In this document: piece after piece, positions 1-8,546 of the stretch
Layout: each line of letters opens with the position of its first letter
Position numbering within the stretch: the stretch's first letter is position 1
Virus record (IMG/VR): IMGVR_UViG_3300020042_007026
Span: 1 to 59,996 of that record
Strand: one strand, 5' to 3'
Length of the DNA: 59,996 bases
Source of the DNA: a virus
Lineage: Duplodnaviria > Caudoviricetes
Made by a program: the position numbers and the translations under genes
The notes under the pieces: generated by a model
Seen by the model: only the letters and a program-made list of their open reading frames with translations
Told to the model about the DNA's origin: nothing
Database searches by the model: none

Positions 1-28
1 AGACACACACTCACCCGTAAGGCAGCAC

Positions 29-44
29 TCCAGGCTAAATGGAT
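29..44. repeat. 16-bp direct repeat TCCAGGCTAAATGGAT, copy 1
   Basis: Identical to 1316-1331; inverted ends TCCA...TGGA. Confidence 0.85.
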
Positions 45-178
45 TATCAGCTAGTTATCCGGGTATAGAAACCTGCCCTTGCCGATAGGTAAGCAAGGGG
101 AGTTATGAACCAATAGCGTTTATTTTTATCTATTCAAATAATCTCGTTTCTCTAGGTGGTAATGGTCAGTATAGGCGA

Positions 179-517
179 CTAACTGCCTAAGTTGCTCTCG
201 GCTAGTTCCTGTTTCTCAATTAGGTAAAACAACTGGTCTAGCCACTTGATAGCAATTTCAGCGTTCAACGCGTAGGCAACTAGCCCTGCCCCTAACAAGT
301 CAAGTTCCATAAAATAACCATAATGACCCTTTGGAACATAGTCGTAAGGTAAGAAGTGGTCGTCATAGTTGATTAGGTAGAGAAACGCATAAAACGGACT
401 AGCCAAGTCAGCGTCAGCCGGGTAATTGCTGTGGCACTGGTAAAGGCGTTCAAGGTCGCCTAAATGCTCTGGCGTAGCGTTCAGGAACTCGTCTAGGTCG
501 TCAAATTGGCTAAACAT
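179..517 (-). CDS. hypothetical protein
   Basis: ORF track 179..526; ATG at 517 overlaps the upstream stop (TAATG coupling). Confidence 0.65.
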   Translation of the reverse strand: MFSQFDDLDEFLNATPEHLGDLERLYQCHSNYPADADLASPFYAFLYLINYDDHFLPYDYVPKGHYGYFMELDLLGAGLVAYALNAEIAIKWLDQLFYLIEKQELAESNLGS

Positions 518-744
518 TATTTCCACTCCTTACCTAGTGCTGTTAGCAGCACACTAGGCGAAACACGCAATAGGCGACACAAGGTCGCAATAGTGTCTGC
601 CGGCATCTCTCTTTGCTGGTGGAAATACCTAGACAAACTGGACTTTTGAAGCCCTGTTGCGATAGCGAACTGGTTTAGCGACCTAAACCCTTGTTTCTGG
701 TATTGAGCAACGAACCAAGCGTAAGTCTTTTCTGGCGTAATCAT
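517..744 (-). CDS. XRE/Cro-family helix-turn-helix transcriptional regulator
   Basis: SLNQFAIATGLQKSSLSRYFHQQREMPADTIATLCRLLRVSPSVLL fits the XRE HTH pattern; ATG at 744 coupled to the upstream stop. Confidence 0.8.
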   Translation of the reverse strand: MITPEKTYAWFVAQYQKQGFRSLNQFAIATGLQKSSLSRYFHQQREMPADTIATLCRLLRVSPSVLLTALGKEWK

Positions 745-1022
745 TACTCGCACCCACACTCTCGGCTCTTGAAACTATCCACAACAGACCACTCGTTCAA
801 TGGAATTGTGAATAGAAAACTGGCGTTAGTTTCCAAGTTGCGAACCTGAAACGCCGACCAAATGTTCTGGTCGTTCATCTGGAACTGCCAAACAACACTC
901 TCAACCTGAACTCTTGTGCCTAGTTTCATCAAGGTATCGCCAACAACGATCTCGTTAGCTCGTCTTGCTTTGTATCTGTAATGGCTGTGGCTCTCGCCTT
1001 GCCCTTGCTCTTGTAGTTTCAT
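744..1022 (-). CDS. hypothetical protein
   Basis: Track ORF 744..1172; ATG at 1022 preceded by AAGGAG is the likely start. Confidence 0.65.
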   Translation of the reverse strand: MKLQEQGQGESHSHYRYKARRANEIVVGDTLMKLGTRVQVESVVWQFQMNDQNIWSAFQVRNLETNASFLFTIPLNEWSVVDSFKSRECGCE

Positions 1023-1315
1023 TGAAACTCCTTGTTTAGTGAATAACTGCCGGTTAGCAGGTAGAGCCATACTAACCCCGAATAGACACAAAACACCATA
1101 GACACCACACCCGGCAGCACTCCCCGAAATAGCCCTAAATTGACCAGCACCAGAATAAAAATAAAACGCCAAGTATCAAGGTCTAACCATAGAGAGAGAA
1201 GATAAGAGAGATACACACACACTCCACCAGACACTCCTACACGCCACTAGACACGACTAGCCACTAGATACCCGGCTAATGCTCTCTCTCTGCCTAGTGC
1301 CAGGAGAGCAGCTAG

Positions 1316-1331
1316 TCCAGGCTAAATGGAT
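1316..1331. repeat. 16-bp direct repeat TCCAGGCTAAATGGAT, copy 2
   Basis: Identical to 29-44. Confidence 0.85.
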
Positions 1332-1572
1332 CACCGGACAACTGGTCGTGCCTGGATCACTAGACCAGCTAATAGTTGATAACAGCAACCGGCAACCCTC
1401 GCTGACCTGACCACACCAGCCCTAAGCCCTTGCCACCATTGAGCAGTAGCCTAAAACGCCCATACACGCCCTAATTCGCCCTATGCCACCTAATACTCGT
1501 CTGCCTATGTAATGCCCTACAAGACCCCATAGAAGCCCATTTTGACCATAGAGCAGATAATCGGCGTGGCAA

Positions 1573-1601
1573 CTGACCAAATAGCCCTAGTGTCGTATAA
1601 T
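1573..1601 (+). promoter_or_regulatory. SigA-type promoter CTGACC-N17-TATAAT
   Basis: Consensus spacing; preceded by CGGCGTGGC. Confidence 0.55.
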
Positions 1602-1610
1602 CCAGCGTTC

Positions 1611-1653
1611 CGGCGTGTCGTGATTAGGTGGAATAGCTGACCGGTGCTATACT
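1611..1653 (+). promoter_or_regulatory. CGGCGTGTCG box followed by an extended -10 TGcTATACT
   Basis: The same 10-mer recurs at 1699-1708; TGnTATACT at 1645-1653. Confidence 0.5.
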
Positions 1654-1698
1654 CAGCGACCACCCCAGACCAGCGTTATCAAATTGTTATACAGAATA

Positions 1699-1740
1699 CG
1701 GCGTGTCGTTTTGACTTATGCCACCGGTTATGCTAAGGGT
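1699..1740 (+). promoter_or_regulatory. CGGCGTGTCG box followed by TTGACT-N17-TAAGGG promoter-like element
   Basis: Good -35 at 1711-1716, imperfect -10. Confidence 0.4.
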
Positions 1741-1798
1741 TGAACAGGTCTGCCCAGGAGAAATCCACGCTTGGTACCCATAAAGTTAGGCAGTAGCC

Positions 1799-1811
1799 TA
1801 TAATGGCTCAT
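1799..1811 (+). promoter_or_regulatory. -10 element (TATAAT) of a probable leaderless transcript
   Basis: TATAAT plus 7 nt then ATG 1812; same geometry at 4848 and 53744. Confidence 0.6.
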
Positions 1812-2315
1812 ATGACTAATTCAGGAAATTTTAAACATGGGTCGCAAACGCTATTGACGCCTATAGAGCTCAAGAAGCTTACTAAGTCGTTGCTAGACCC
1901 TGGGCACGAAGAGTTTGGTGAGCCAGGCAGTCAGTATCAAGACAGTAATCACCTGTATTGGCAGAACAGCAGTAGGTGGGGTGCTTCCGGTGAGTGTGAG
2001 AAAACCTCTAGATGGATACACCCGTATCTACCACAAGGATCTCAGATAGTCAATATGAACAGCTCTAGAGAAGATTCCTGGGTTGATGAGGGCGGACAGA
2101 AAAGAACTGCCTCAGTAGGGAACCACTACGTCAATGTTGTGCCTACAACAGAAGGTCCACACGTAGTAGACTTCACACATAGGCAGTTTCAAAACAGTGC
2201 CGGTCTACCGGTAGTGCAGCATATTAACGATTTTATGACAAGATCGTCTATGAAAGGCTACATTTTAGACCAAGAGCAGCTTTCTCCTGAACTTAAGAAG
2301 AATTTGGGCGAATAA
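1812..2315 (+). CDS. papain/transglutaminase-like Cys-His-Asp protein
   Basis: ASGECEKTS ... NHYVNVV ... VVDFTHRQF gives a C-H-D order; track start 1803, leaderless start 1812 preferred. Confidence 0.55.
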   Translation: MTNSGNFKHGSQTLLTPIELKKLTKSLLDPGHEEFGEPGSQYQDSNHLYWQNSSRWGASGECEKTSRWIHPYLPQGSQIVNMNSSREDSWVDEGGQKRTASVGNHYVNVVPTTEGPHVVDFTHRQFQNSAGLPVVQHINDFMTRSSMKGYILDQEQLSPELKKNLGE

Positions 2316-2782
2316 TGAGCAGAAAACAAGAGTTTTTTCAAAGTATGTTACCTGAGACCATGTATCATGGTGCAGAGGAGCACGAGAGAGACAGTATCTC
2401 CAGTAATGGGTTACTAGGAGGTCACATTACCCCTGATGTCTCACATGCTTCTCAGTATGGTAACCCGGATATTTGGGAAATAAAAAAACACCCTGGAATT
2501 GTGCCAGCTGATGGCGAGCCTTATGGAGATGGCTGGACTGAGGATGATGAGGTCTATTGGGCAAAAAAGGTTCCTCCTACCCATGTTAAACGTGTAGCGC
2601 ATGTTATCCGGCATTTTGATGCTAATGGGTATGAAGTTAACCAAGAAGTTCACTGGCACAAAAGAGAAGAATGCCCAGACAACTTTGATTACGTTTTCCC
2701 TGTAAACGCTCAAGGTGGTCACTCTAATATGGCTACTAGACCACACCCTACAAATCCTAGTTTTAAAGTAGGGGACTATTAA
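2315..2782 (+). CDS. ADP-ribosyltransferase-fold protein (Tpt1/PARP-like), paralog A
   Basis: MYHGA...ISSNGL..GHIT...ASQYG..DIWEI; full-length similarity to 2782..3264. Confidence 0.6.
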   Translation: MSRKQEFFQSMLPETMYHGAEEHERDSISSNGLLGGHITPDVSHASQYGNPDIWEIKKHPGIVPADGEPYGDGWTEDDEVYWAKKVPPTHVKRVAHVIRHFDANGYEVNQEVHWHKREECPDNFDYVFPVNAQGGHSNMATRPHPTNPSFKVGDY

Positions 2783-3264
2783 TGAGCAGAAATGAAGAGT
2801 TTGACTACGGGCGTGTGCCTTCTGTGCTATACCACGGTACAGATGGTGCTCTTAGGTCGTCTATTGCATCTAAGGGTCTAAAAGGCGGTCACGTTACTGA
2901 TAACGTTGACCTAGCAGCCGAGTATGCCGCACCTGATCTTTATGAGGTTAGAAAGCATCCTAATGTTATACCTACAGACCACCCTGATGCAGAAGGTGCT
3001 GCAGACTTCTGGGATAGAGATTCTGGGGTGTTTTGGGCTAATGGAGTACCGCCTAGCCACCTCAAACGTGTAGGGCACGTAATAAGCCATATGAACAATG
3101 ACGGAGAGTTTTATTACAATGAGGTTCATTGGCATCCTAAAGAAAATTGCCACCTAAGTTTTGATATGGTACACCCTGGCGATATTAGTCCTGATGATGT
3201 GTTTGGTAAAAATCTTAGACAACACCCTACAGATCCTACTTTAAAGGTGAGTAACTACCAATGA
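2782..3264 (+). CDS. ADP-ribosyltransferase-fold protein, paralog B
   Basis: LYHGT...IASKGL..GHVT...AAEYA..DLYEV. Confidence 0.65.
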   Translation: MSRNEEFDYGRVPSVLYHGTDGALRSSIASKGLKGGHVTDNVDLAAEYAAPDLYEVRKHPNVIPTDHPDAEGAADFWDRDSGVFWANGVPPSHLKRVGHVISHMNNDGEFYYNEVHWHPKENCHLSFDMVHPGDISPDDVFGKNLRQHPTDPTLKVSNYQ

Positions 3265-3740
3265 GTGAACTTTTAGGTGATGACGGCAAGCCATGGGATG
3301 GCGAGTCAGCTATTACAAAGCCTGAGTACTTTAAGTCTAAATATAGTGGACCACAGGTCCCTATGACTGGTCGTGTGGCTAGAATGCATAACATAACTTA
3401 TGTGCCTATGACAGAAGAAGAGACCATAGAGCATGAAAATGAGAACTTTAGTCCACCAGTAAGAGAACCTAAGTGGTTTTATCCTAATGAAAAAGAAAAG
3501 CAGTTAGATAGAAATACCCCTTTGTTTAGTAAACAGTCACATTTTACCACTAGAGGCATTAGACACTACGTAGATAATCCAGATGTACTTGTAGATCACG
3601 AAACTGATTACCCTACACCAGTAGTCTACACAGCTAAAGATGGTAAGATGTGGATACACAATGGGCATCACAGGATCATATCTTCCCGCCTGCGTGGAGA
3701 ACAGTCTATCAAAGTAATTGACCGTGGAGTAGGTGCCTAA
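3261..3740 (+). CDS. ParB/Srx-like domain protein
   Basis: PTPVVYTAKDGKMWIHNGHHRIISSRLRGEQSIKV resembles the ParB N-terminal DGHHR motif. Confidence 0.7.
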   Translation: MSELLGDDGKPWDGESAITKPEYFKSKYSGPQVPMTGRVARMHNITYVPMTEEETIEHENENFSPPVREPKWFYPNEKEKQLDRNTPLFSKQSHFTTRGIRHYVDNPDVLVDHETDYPTPVVYTAKDGKMWIHNGHHRIISSRLRGEQSIKVIDRGVGA

Positions 3741-4087
3741 TGGAACTCAATGAGAATCAATTTGAAGGTGTGGCTCCTAAAAAGTGGCTCACCGATGAAG
3801 AGTATAACAAGCGCTTTACAGAAGAGAGAGATGCTAAGCAAGACTACACTGATGAGGATATCGCAGCGTATAAGCAGCATGAGTCTCAGTGGAAGTTGAT
3901 CACTCCTCTTAGAACTCAGGCTAAAGCCTTTTTTAAAGGAGATACCTCTGCAGTAAACAAGGGTATGGAGATCTTTAAAGACTATAATCCTACTGAAGAA
4001 CAAGTTACAGATTTACTTAAGTTTTCTAGAAATGTTGATGGCGATGACATCATTAAGAGAATGGACACACACTTTGGAGCTAAATAG
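3740..4087 (+). CDS. hypothetical protein with N-terminal LNENQF tag
   Basis: Coupled ORF starting MELNENQFEGV. Confidence 0.7.
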   Translation: MELNENQFEGVAPKKWLTDEEYNKRFTEERDAKQDYTDEDIAAYKQHESQWKLITPLRTQAKAFFKGDTSAVNKGMEIFKDYNPTEEQVTDLLKFSRNVDGDDIIKRMDTHFGAK

Positions 4088-4823
4088 TAAGCAATTTAAA
4101 CAACCGCACCAGATGTCGCCAGAAGAGTTTGCTGCACATCCAGCTGCTGTATTCCATGGTACTTACTTGCCTGATGAAGATGTCTTTAATTTAGATAAAC
4201 GTAATCCTATTACTTCTACAGGAGATGATGGTCCTCCTAGAATACGCATTACAAACCCCTTCAGTGGTAAAGAAGAGGTTTATGAAGCACAGCCTAAAGC
4301 AAAAATACATTTAGGTACTTTTCAAGCTGCTCTAGAAAGACTTTATAAAAATGTTTTGGATACAACACAACAAGGAACAGTTCACACATTTTGGCAAACT
4401 CCTAAAATTTCGGGGGCTTCTGTAAATCAAGAAGTGACTAAAATTCCTGGATTTGATAAGTATAGTTTTAATGATCCTAATCCTGAAGAAGTAGCTCATT
4501 ACGCTCCAGGATCCCAGTATTATGAAAACCAAAATGAAGATCTATTTAGCGCTTCTTTTGCTACTGACACTCCTAAAAAAGTGTTAGCGTCACAAGCAGA
4601 CTACGTAAAAGCCGCTTTGGATCGCGGTGTACCTGAGTCTGAGGTGCACCCAAGAACTTTGGCGCAATATAAGTCTGGTAATTTAGGAAAAATGCAAATA
4701 ACTTCAGATCTTGCAAAACTTATGAGAAATAATCCATACAAGTTAGGTCCACTAACAGAAGCAGGACCAAGATGGAATTATGTAAACTCAAATGAAGAAG
4801 GTCCCGAAAGACCTAAAATTTAG
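4074..4823 (+). CDS. ART-like protein with N-terminal LNSKQF tag
   Basis: VFHGT...IHLGTFQAALER...YYENQNED; TTG at 4074 gives MELNSKQF, matching the previous gene; track start 4032. Confidence 0.55.
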   Translation: MELNSKQFKQPHQMSPEEFAAHPAAVFHGTYLPDEDVFNLDKRNPITSTGDDGPPRIRITNPFSGKEEVYEAQPKAKIHLGTFQAALERLYKNVLDTTQQGTVHTFWQTPKISGASVNQEVTKIPGFDKYSFNDPNPEEVAHYAPGSQYYENQNEDLFSASFATDTPKKVLASQADYVKAALDRGVPESEVHPRTLAQYKSGNLGKMQITSDLAKLMRNNPYKLGPLTEAGPRWNYVNSNEEGPERPKI

Positions 4824-4847
4824 ACATAAAATGCTAACGTAGGTAAG

Positions 4848-4860
4848 TATACTAGTACCT
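4848..4860 (+). promoter_or_regulatory. -10 element TATACT for leaderless ATG 4861
   Basis: TATACT plus 7 nt then ATG; no SD. Confidence 0.55.
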
Positions 4861-5325
4861 ATGACTGAACAAGGATCTCAATTTACATGCCCACAATGTG
4901 GTAAGCCTCAATTTACCGCAGAGTTTGGATTTGAGCGTCACCAACATCCAGTAGGCGAAGTAAAAGACCCATGCGTTTTTTGTGGAGAAAGCACTTCTGC
5001 TGGTGGAATAAATAAAATTGATCGTACTGCCAAAGACCCTATTGCAGATTTTGTTAGTAAAATTGGTATTATGAATCCTAAGTTTGTCAATAGAGTTCCA
5101 GGAACGTGGTCAGATCCAAATGACTCAAGTAAAACAATAGAGGGGTACTCTTGTGCCGATTGTTTGAGTGCCCCTTGTGCAACATGTAGTAAACAAATAC
5201 CTTTAGATGAAGAAATTCCAGATCAAGTTGGACAATGGCACCACCACGGATGTTTAAATCCTAAAGATGCAGCTGAAGGCTACCAAGACTGTGAATGTGA
5301 CGATTGTGAAAAGTGGCGTAAATAA
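4861..5325 (+). CDS. Cys-rich multi-zinc-ribbon protein
   Basis: CPQC, CVFC, CADC, CATC, HHHGC, CECDDC. Confidence 0.7.
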   Translation: MTEQGSQFTCPQCGKPQFTAEFGFERHQHPVGEVKDPCVFCGESTSAGGINKIDRTAKDPIADFVSKIGIMNPKFVNRVPGTWSDPNDSSKTIEGYSCADCLSAPCATCSKQIPLDEEIPDQVGQWHHHGCLNPKDAAEGYQDCECDDCEKWRK

Positions 5326-5675
5326 TGGGCACACCAAGACAACTTAGAGAACACTTCTTTCACGTCAGCCCTAAAGAAAATCGTGTAGGTATAGAATCAG
5401 AAGGTCTTGTACCTCATAACAGACATGAAGGTGTGCAGGATGTTCCTGCTGGAGTATACGTTAATCAAGGCAAGCCTGACATTGATTATGGCGATGATAT
5501 CTACGCAATTAAAAAAGAAGCAATTGATCCTATTCCAGATCCTATGGATGAACTTGGTTTTTACTCTAAACACCCGGTAGGCATTAGTGACTTTAACAGA
5601 GTAGGTCACGTGTTCATTAACAAAGGTCATACAGAAATACATTGGCATAAAGAGGAGGACTGTCCTAATGGGTAG
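5325..5675 (+). CDS. ADP-ribosyltransferase-fold protein, paralog C
   Basis: FFHVS...IESEGL...GVYV...YGDDIYAI; shares the RVGHV...EIHWH.EE.C tail with 2315 and 2782. Confidence 0.6.
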   Translation: MGTPRQLREHFFHVSPKENRVGIESEGLVPHNRHEGVQDVPAGVYVNQGKPDIDYGDDIYAIKKEAIDPIPDPMDELGFYSKHPVGISDFNRVGHVFINKGHTEIHWHKEEDCPNG

Positions 5676-6033
5676 AAGTAAAGCAAGTTTTAAAAATGTT
5701 GCGCCTTTACATGACCTTACTCAGATTATGCCAGCCGATGTGTACGATAATCTACACAAGTACATTCAAAGCTCAATAGTCAAAGGTATTATAGAAAGCA
5801 GTAGGAATGATCCTACTAAGAAGGTGCGAGTTCACATAACCGTCCCAACTGGGAGCCGCGGGGTGAATCCGGGAGACACTGGTACTCTAGATAGAGAGTA
5901 TGCTGCAGAGTATGGCAGAAATACTATGCCGGGGGGATTTAGAATAACTAGTAAGAGTGTGTCAGCTAAAGAGCTATTTACTGATGGTGATCTGACTAAA
6001 TGGGTTTGGAATCCTGGAAAGAATGAACAATGA
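5668..6033 (+). CDS. ART-like domain protein, possibly degenerate
   Basis: KVRVHITVP...VNPGDTGTLDREYAAEYG...ITSKSVSAKELFTDGD resembles the YRAV..INPGDWVT...YA type of ART-like domain. Confidence 0.45.
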   Translation: MGRSKASFKNVAPLHDLTQIMPADVYDNLHKYIQSSIVKGIIESSRNDPTKKVRVHITVPTGSRGVNPGDTGTLDREYAAEYGRNTMPGGFRITSKSVSAKELFTDGDLTKWVWNPGKNEQ

Positions 6034-6653
6034 CAGAAATAGGTCCACAGTTTGAAGGAGTTTCTCCTATCTGGAAAAAAGAAGCCAGAGAGATGGATGC
6101 GGTTGACGCGCGTCAAGCAGCTAGCCCTATCCACATTTATGAAGGTGACGGATGGACAATGGACAATGGTGATCAGTACAACACTGTTTATGCCGCTAAG
6201 AGTGCGGGATACGGACGTCACACCATTCTAGGAAGAGTCCAAGTACACGCAGTTACAGGCGTAGCTCATATAGACACTCACCCAGACTTATCTCCTTCAC
6301 AAAGAGCTGTTACTGCAATTTCTATGCTAAAAGCAGCAGATAAAATCCATAGACAAAATACTGGTAAGGGTATTAGTACAGACTATGGAACTAGTGTTAA
6401 AGGAAATAGGTTTATAAAAAGCCTTTTACCTAAATCAACTCACGACACTATTGAGTCTAAAAGAGAAACAGCCCTACAACCTATTATTGAACCAGACCAG
6501 GATAAAGACAGTACTATTATGGAATGGACAGATAGTGAACTTAGAGGTATGTATGACTACATATCCAAGGATTCTAAAAAAAGAATTGTATTGCAAAAAA
6601 CTTATGACCCAAAGACTTTGAAATCTAATGGAAAGAAAACTTGGCTGGCATAA
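6030..6653 (+). CDS. hypothetical protein with N-terminal IGPQF tag, possible degenerate GNAT fold
   Basis: MTEIGPQFEGV; IDTHPDL...AISML...TSVKGNRFIKSL parallels the GNAT at 10013. Confidence 0.55.
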   Translation: MTEIGPQFEGVSPIWKKEAREMDAVDARQAASPIHIYEGDGWTMDNGDQYNTVYAAKSAGYGRHTILGRVQVHAVTGVAHIDTHPDLSPSQRAVTAISMLKAADKIHRQNTGKGISTDYGTSVKGNRFIKSLLPKSTHDTIESKRETALQPIIEPDQDKDSTIMEWTDSELRGMYDYISKDSKKRIVLQKTYDPKTLKSNGKKTWLA

Positions 6654-6725
6654 TGACTAAACAAGACTTAGCGTTCTAATTTTAAATTTTTTTGCCATAA
6701 TTGAATAGAACTTAAGGACGCCGTA

Positions 6726-7262
6726 ATGAGCACACACCACATTCAAGCATTAGCTAATCTAGCTAACATGCATTACATCGCTACTCAAATACACGCGCGT
6801 ACTCCTATAAGGGATGAGACAGGTAACAGCGTTGTTGATTATATGAACAAGGCTACAGAACACCTAAACGAGTCAATGTTCCACTCCACTACTGGTGATG
6901 CACAAAAGTCTTTATTTTCTTTAAGACAAACGTACCAACACACTCATGGTGTTTTGGGCATGTTATTAGCTGCTGGTGAAAAGCAATACGACCAGGCTAA
7001 ACAAGGTCTAATTGCTCCAGACACTGCTATGGCAAACATGCGTGATATGGCGTCTTTTACTGAGCACAACTCTGCCTTTTTAGAAAAGGGCAAAGACATT
7101 GTTGCTAATGAGCAGGAAAAAGGATTAGCTCAGGTAAGCAACACAAGAGATCAGCTAGACAACGCTAGAGATGTTGTTGAAGGTATTGCAGATGAAAAAA
7201 ACTTACTTCTTCCAGGCAGCTGGGTTAACCGTGGTGACGGCAAATCACCTAATGGAGAGTAA
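6726..7262 (+). CDS. hypothetical helical protein
   Basis: ORF with AAGGA SD and an upstream CATAAT. Confidence 0.7.
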   Translation: MSTHHIQALANLANMHYIATQIHARTPIRDETGNSVVDYMNKATEHLNESMFHSTTGDAQKSLFSLRQTYQHTHGVLGMLLAAGEKQYDQAKQGLIAPDTAMANMRDMASFTEHNSAFLEKGKDIVANEQEKGLAQVSNTRDQLDNARDVVEGIADEKNLLLPGSWVNRGDGKSPNGE

Positions 7263-7696
7263 TGTCTAAAAACGACGATTACAATAATTATGGTAACCAC
7301 TATGGTACTCCTCCTGAAGACTCAGGTACCGGCTCTGAGGAACAGTTTAGTATTGAGCCAGTTTACCAACAGATGCTCGGTCATTTAGCAAAAGCACATA
7401 AACTAGCTACAGAGTATTCTACACATCACAATTTAGGTGCACACGTGCCTACTATTAAACGGATACAGGGCTTGGTTACTGAGGCTGCGGGTCATTCAGC
7501 ATCTTTCTTGCAAGGTAGGGCAGCACACGCTTTAAATCAAGCACTAAATGAAACACTTAGTATTTCTAAAGACTATTACAAAAACCCTATTGCTTATCTT
7601 AAAGAGTATAAAGATCCCAAAGATCCTTGGAATCGATTTCACAAGCATATAGGATGGTTTGTAGAAAAAGCAGAAAAAGAATCTGGTAAAGAGTAG
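7262..7696 (+). CDS. hypothetical protein
   Basis: Coupled ORF, GGAG SD. Confidence 0.7.
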   Translation: MSKNDDYNNYGNHYGTPPEDSGTGSEEQFSIEPVYQQMLGHLAKAHKLATEYSTHHNLGAHVPTIKRIQGLVTEAAGHSASFLQGRAAHALNQALNETLSISKDYYKNPIAYLKEYKDPKDPWNRFHKHIGWFVEKAEKESGKE

Positions 7697-7699
7697 TAA

Positions 7700-8254
7700 A
7701 TGGCTTTTGAACCTATAAAAATTTGGGCTGGTAGAAATAGCGTCCCTATGAAAGACGATCTACCCGGATATCCTGATGATCCTACAAAGTTCAAACTATT
7801 TCATAATTCACCTCATAAATTTGAACCAGGGGATATTGTAAACCCTACAACTTCTGTTTACGAAGCTTCTATAAACCAAGGTATGGAAGAAGAAGATGTA
7901 GACGATAGAAGCAAAACTCCTATGGCATGGGCAGCTCATGATCCTGGTTATATGAAAACATATCACAGGTACACTTATGAAGTAGAACCAATTACAAAAC
8001 ACAGCTGGGTAGAAAAAGATCCAGTAGGGTTTGAAAATGATGAGTATGCCGCTCCCGAAGGTTATAGAGTAAAACAAGTAGTCTGGGATAAAGAAAAGGA
8101 CACATGCTCTAAATGCGGTGGGTATAGCAGTCATCGATGCCCTGATTGTTCTGGAACTGGAATGTCGCCGTCTAAAATTGCTGGATTACAAAAAGCCGGG
8201 TATAGATTAAGTGACATTCAAAAACAATTACGAGAAAATGGGTACCATGCCTAG
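7700..8254 (+). CDS. Arr (rifampin ADP-ribosyltransferase)-like ART with C-terminal Zn ribbon
   Basis: LFHNSPHKFEPGDIVNP...AWAA...YTYEVEP...EKDP parallels the Arr YHGT..L..GD.L / VY.VEP / E.DP motifs; CSKCGG...CPDCSGTG. Confidence 0.6.
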   Translation: MAFEPIKIWAGRNSVPMKDDLPGYPDDPTKFKLFHNSPHKFEPGDIVNPTTSVYEASINQGMEEEDVDDRSKTPMAWAAHDPGYMKTYHRYTYEVEPITKHSWVEKDPVGFENDEYAAPEGYRVKQVVWDKEKDTCSKCGGYSSHRCPDCSGTGMSPSKIAGLQKAGYRLSDIQKQLRENGYHA

Positions 8255-8546
8255 AAAAAAGAAACAAGAACCTGAAATTCCTATACATGTATTGGAACAA
8301 CAAGCTACAGATGAGCTTAATGACAAAATGAGCCAAATCTATACGGATTTTCCTGAAGATGAGCATGATAAACTGAGAGATAAGCTATACTACAAAGCAG
8401 GGAAAGACATACACGAAGAGTATGTGAAGCTATACCCAGCATGGGCTAGAGTTTATGGACCAAAGCCAGCTAAAGTTAAATCAGTACAATTTAAAGGAAT
8501 CCAGGGAAATGTTGGATTAGATATAGAGGCTAAAAAGTATGACTAA
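8247..8546 (+). CDS. hypothetical protein
   Basis: Track ORF 8211..8546; start uncertain (8238 or 8247). Confidence 0.6.
   Translation: MPRKKKQEPEIPIHVLEQQATDELNDKMSQIYTDFPEDEHDKLRDKLYYKAGKDIHEEYVKLYPAWARVYGPKPAKVKSVQFKGIQGNVGLDIEAKKYD

Noticed and set aside
500-517. MFSQF at the start of 179..517 resembling the QF tag
   Set aside because: Different, leftward operon with no other tagged gene; treated as probable coincidence.
1019-1234. 71-aa minus-strand ORF and the upstream extension of 744..1172
   Set aside because: Low-complexity translation of the repeat-rich region; a strong SD supports the start at 1022.
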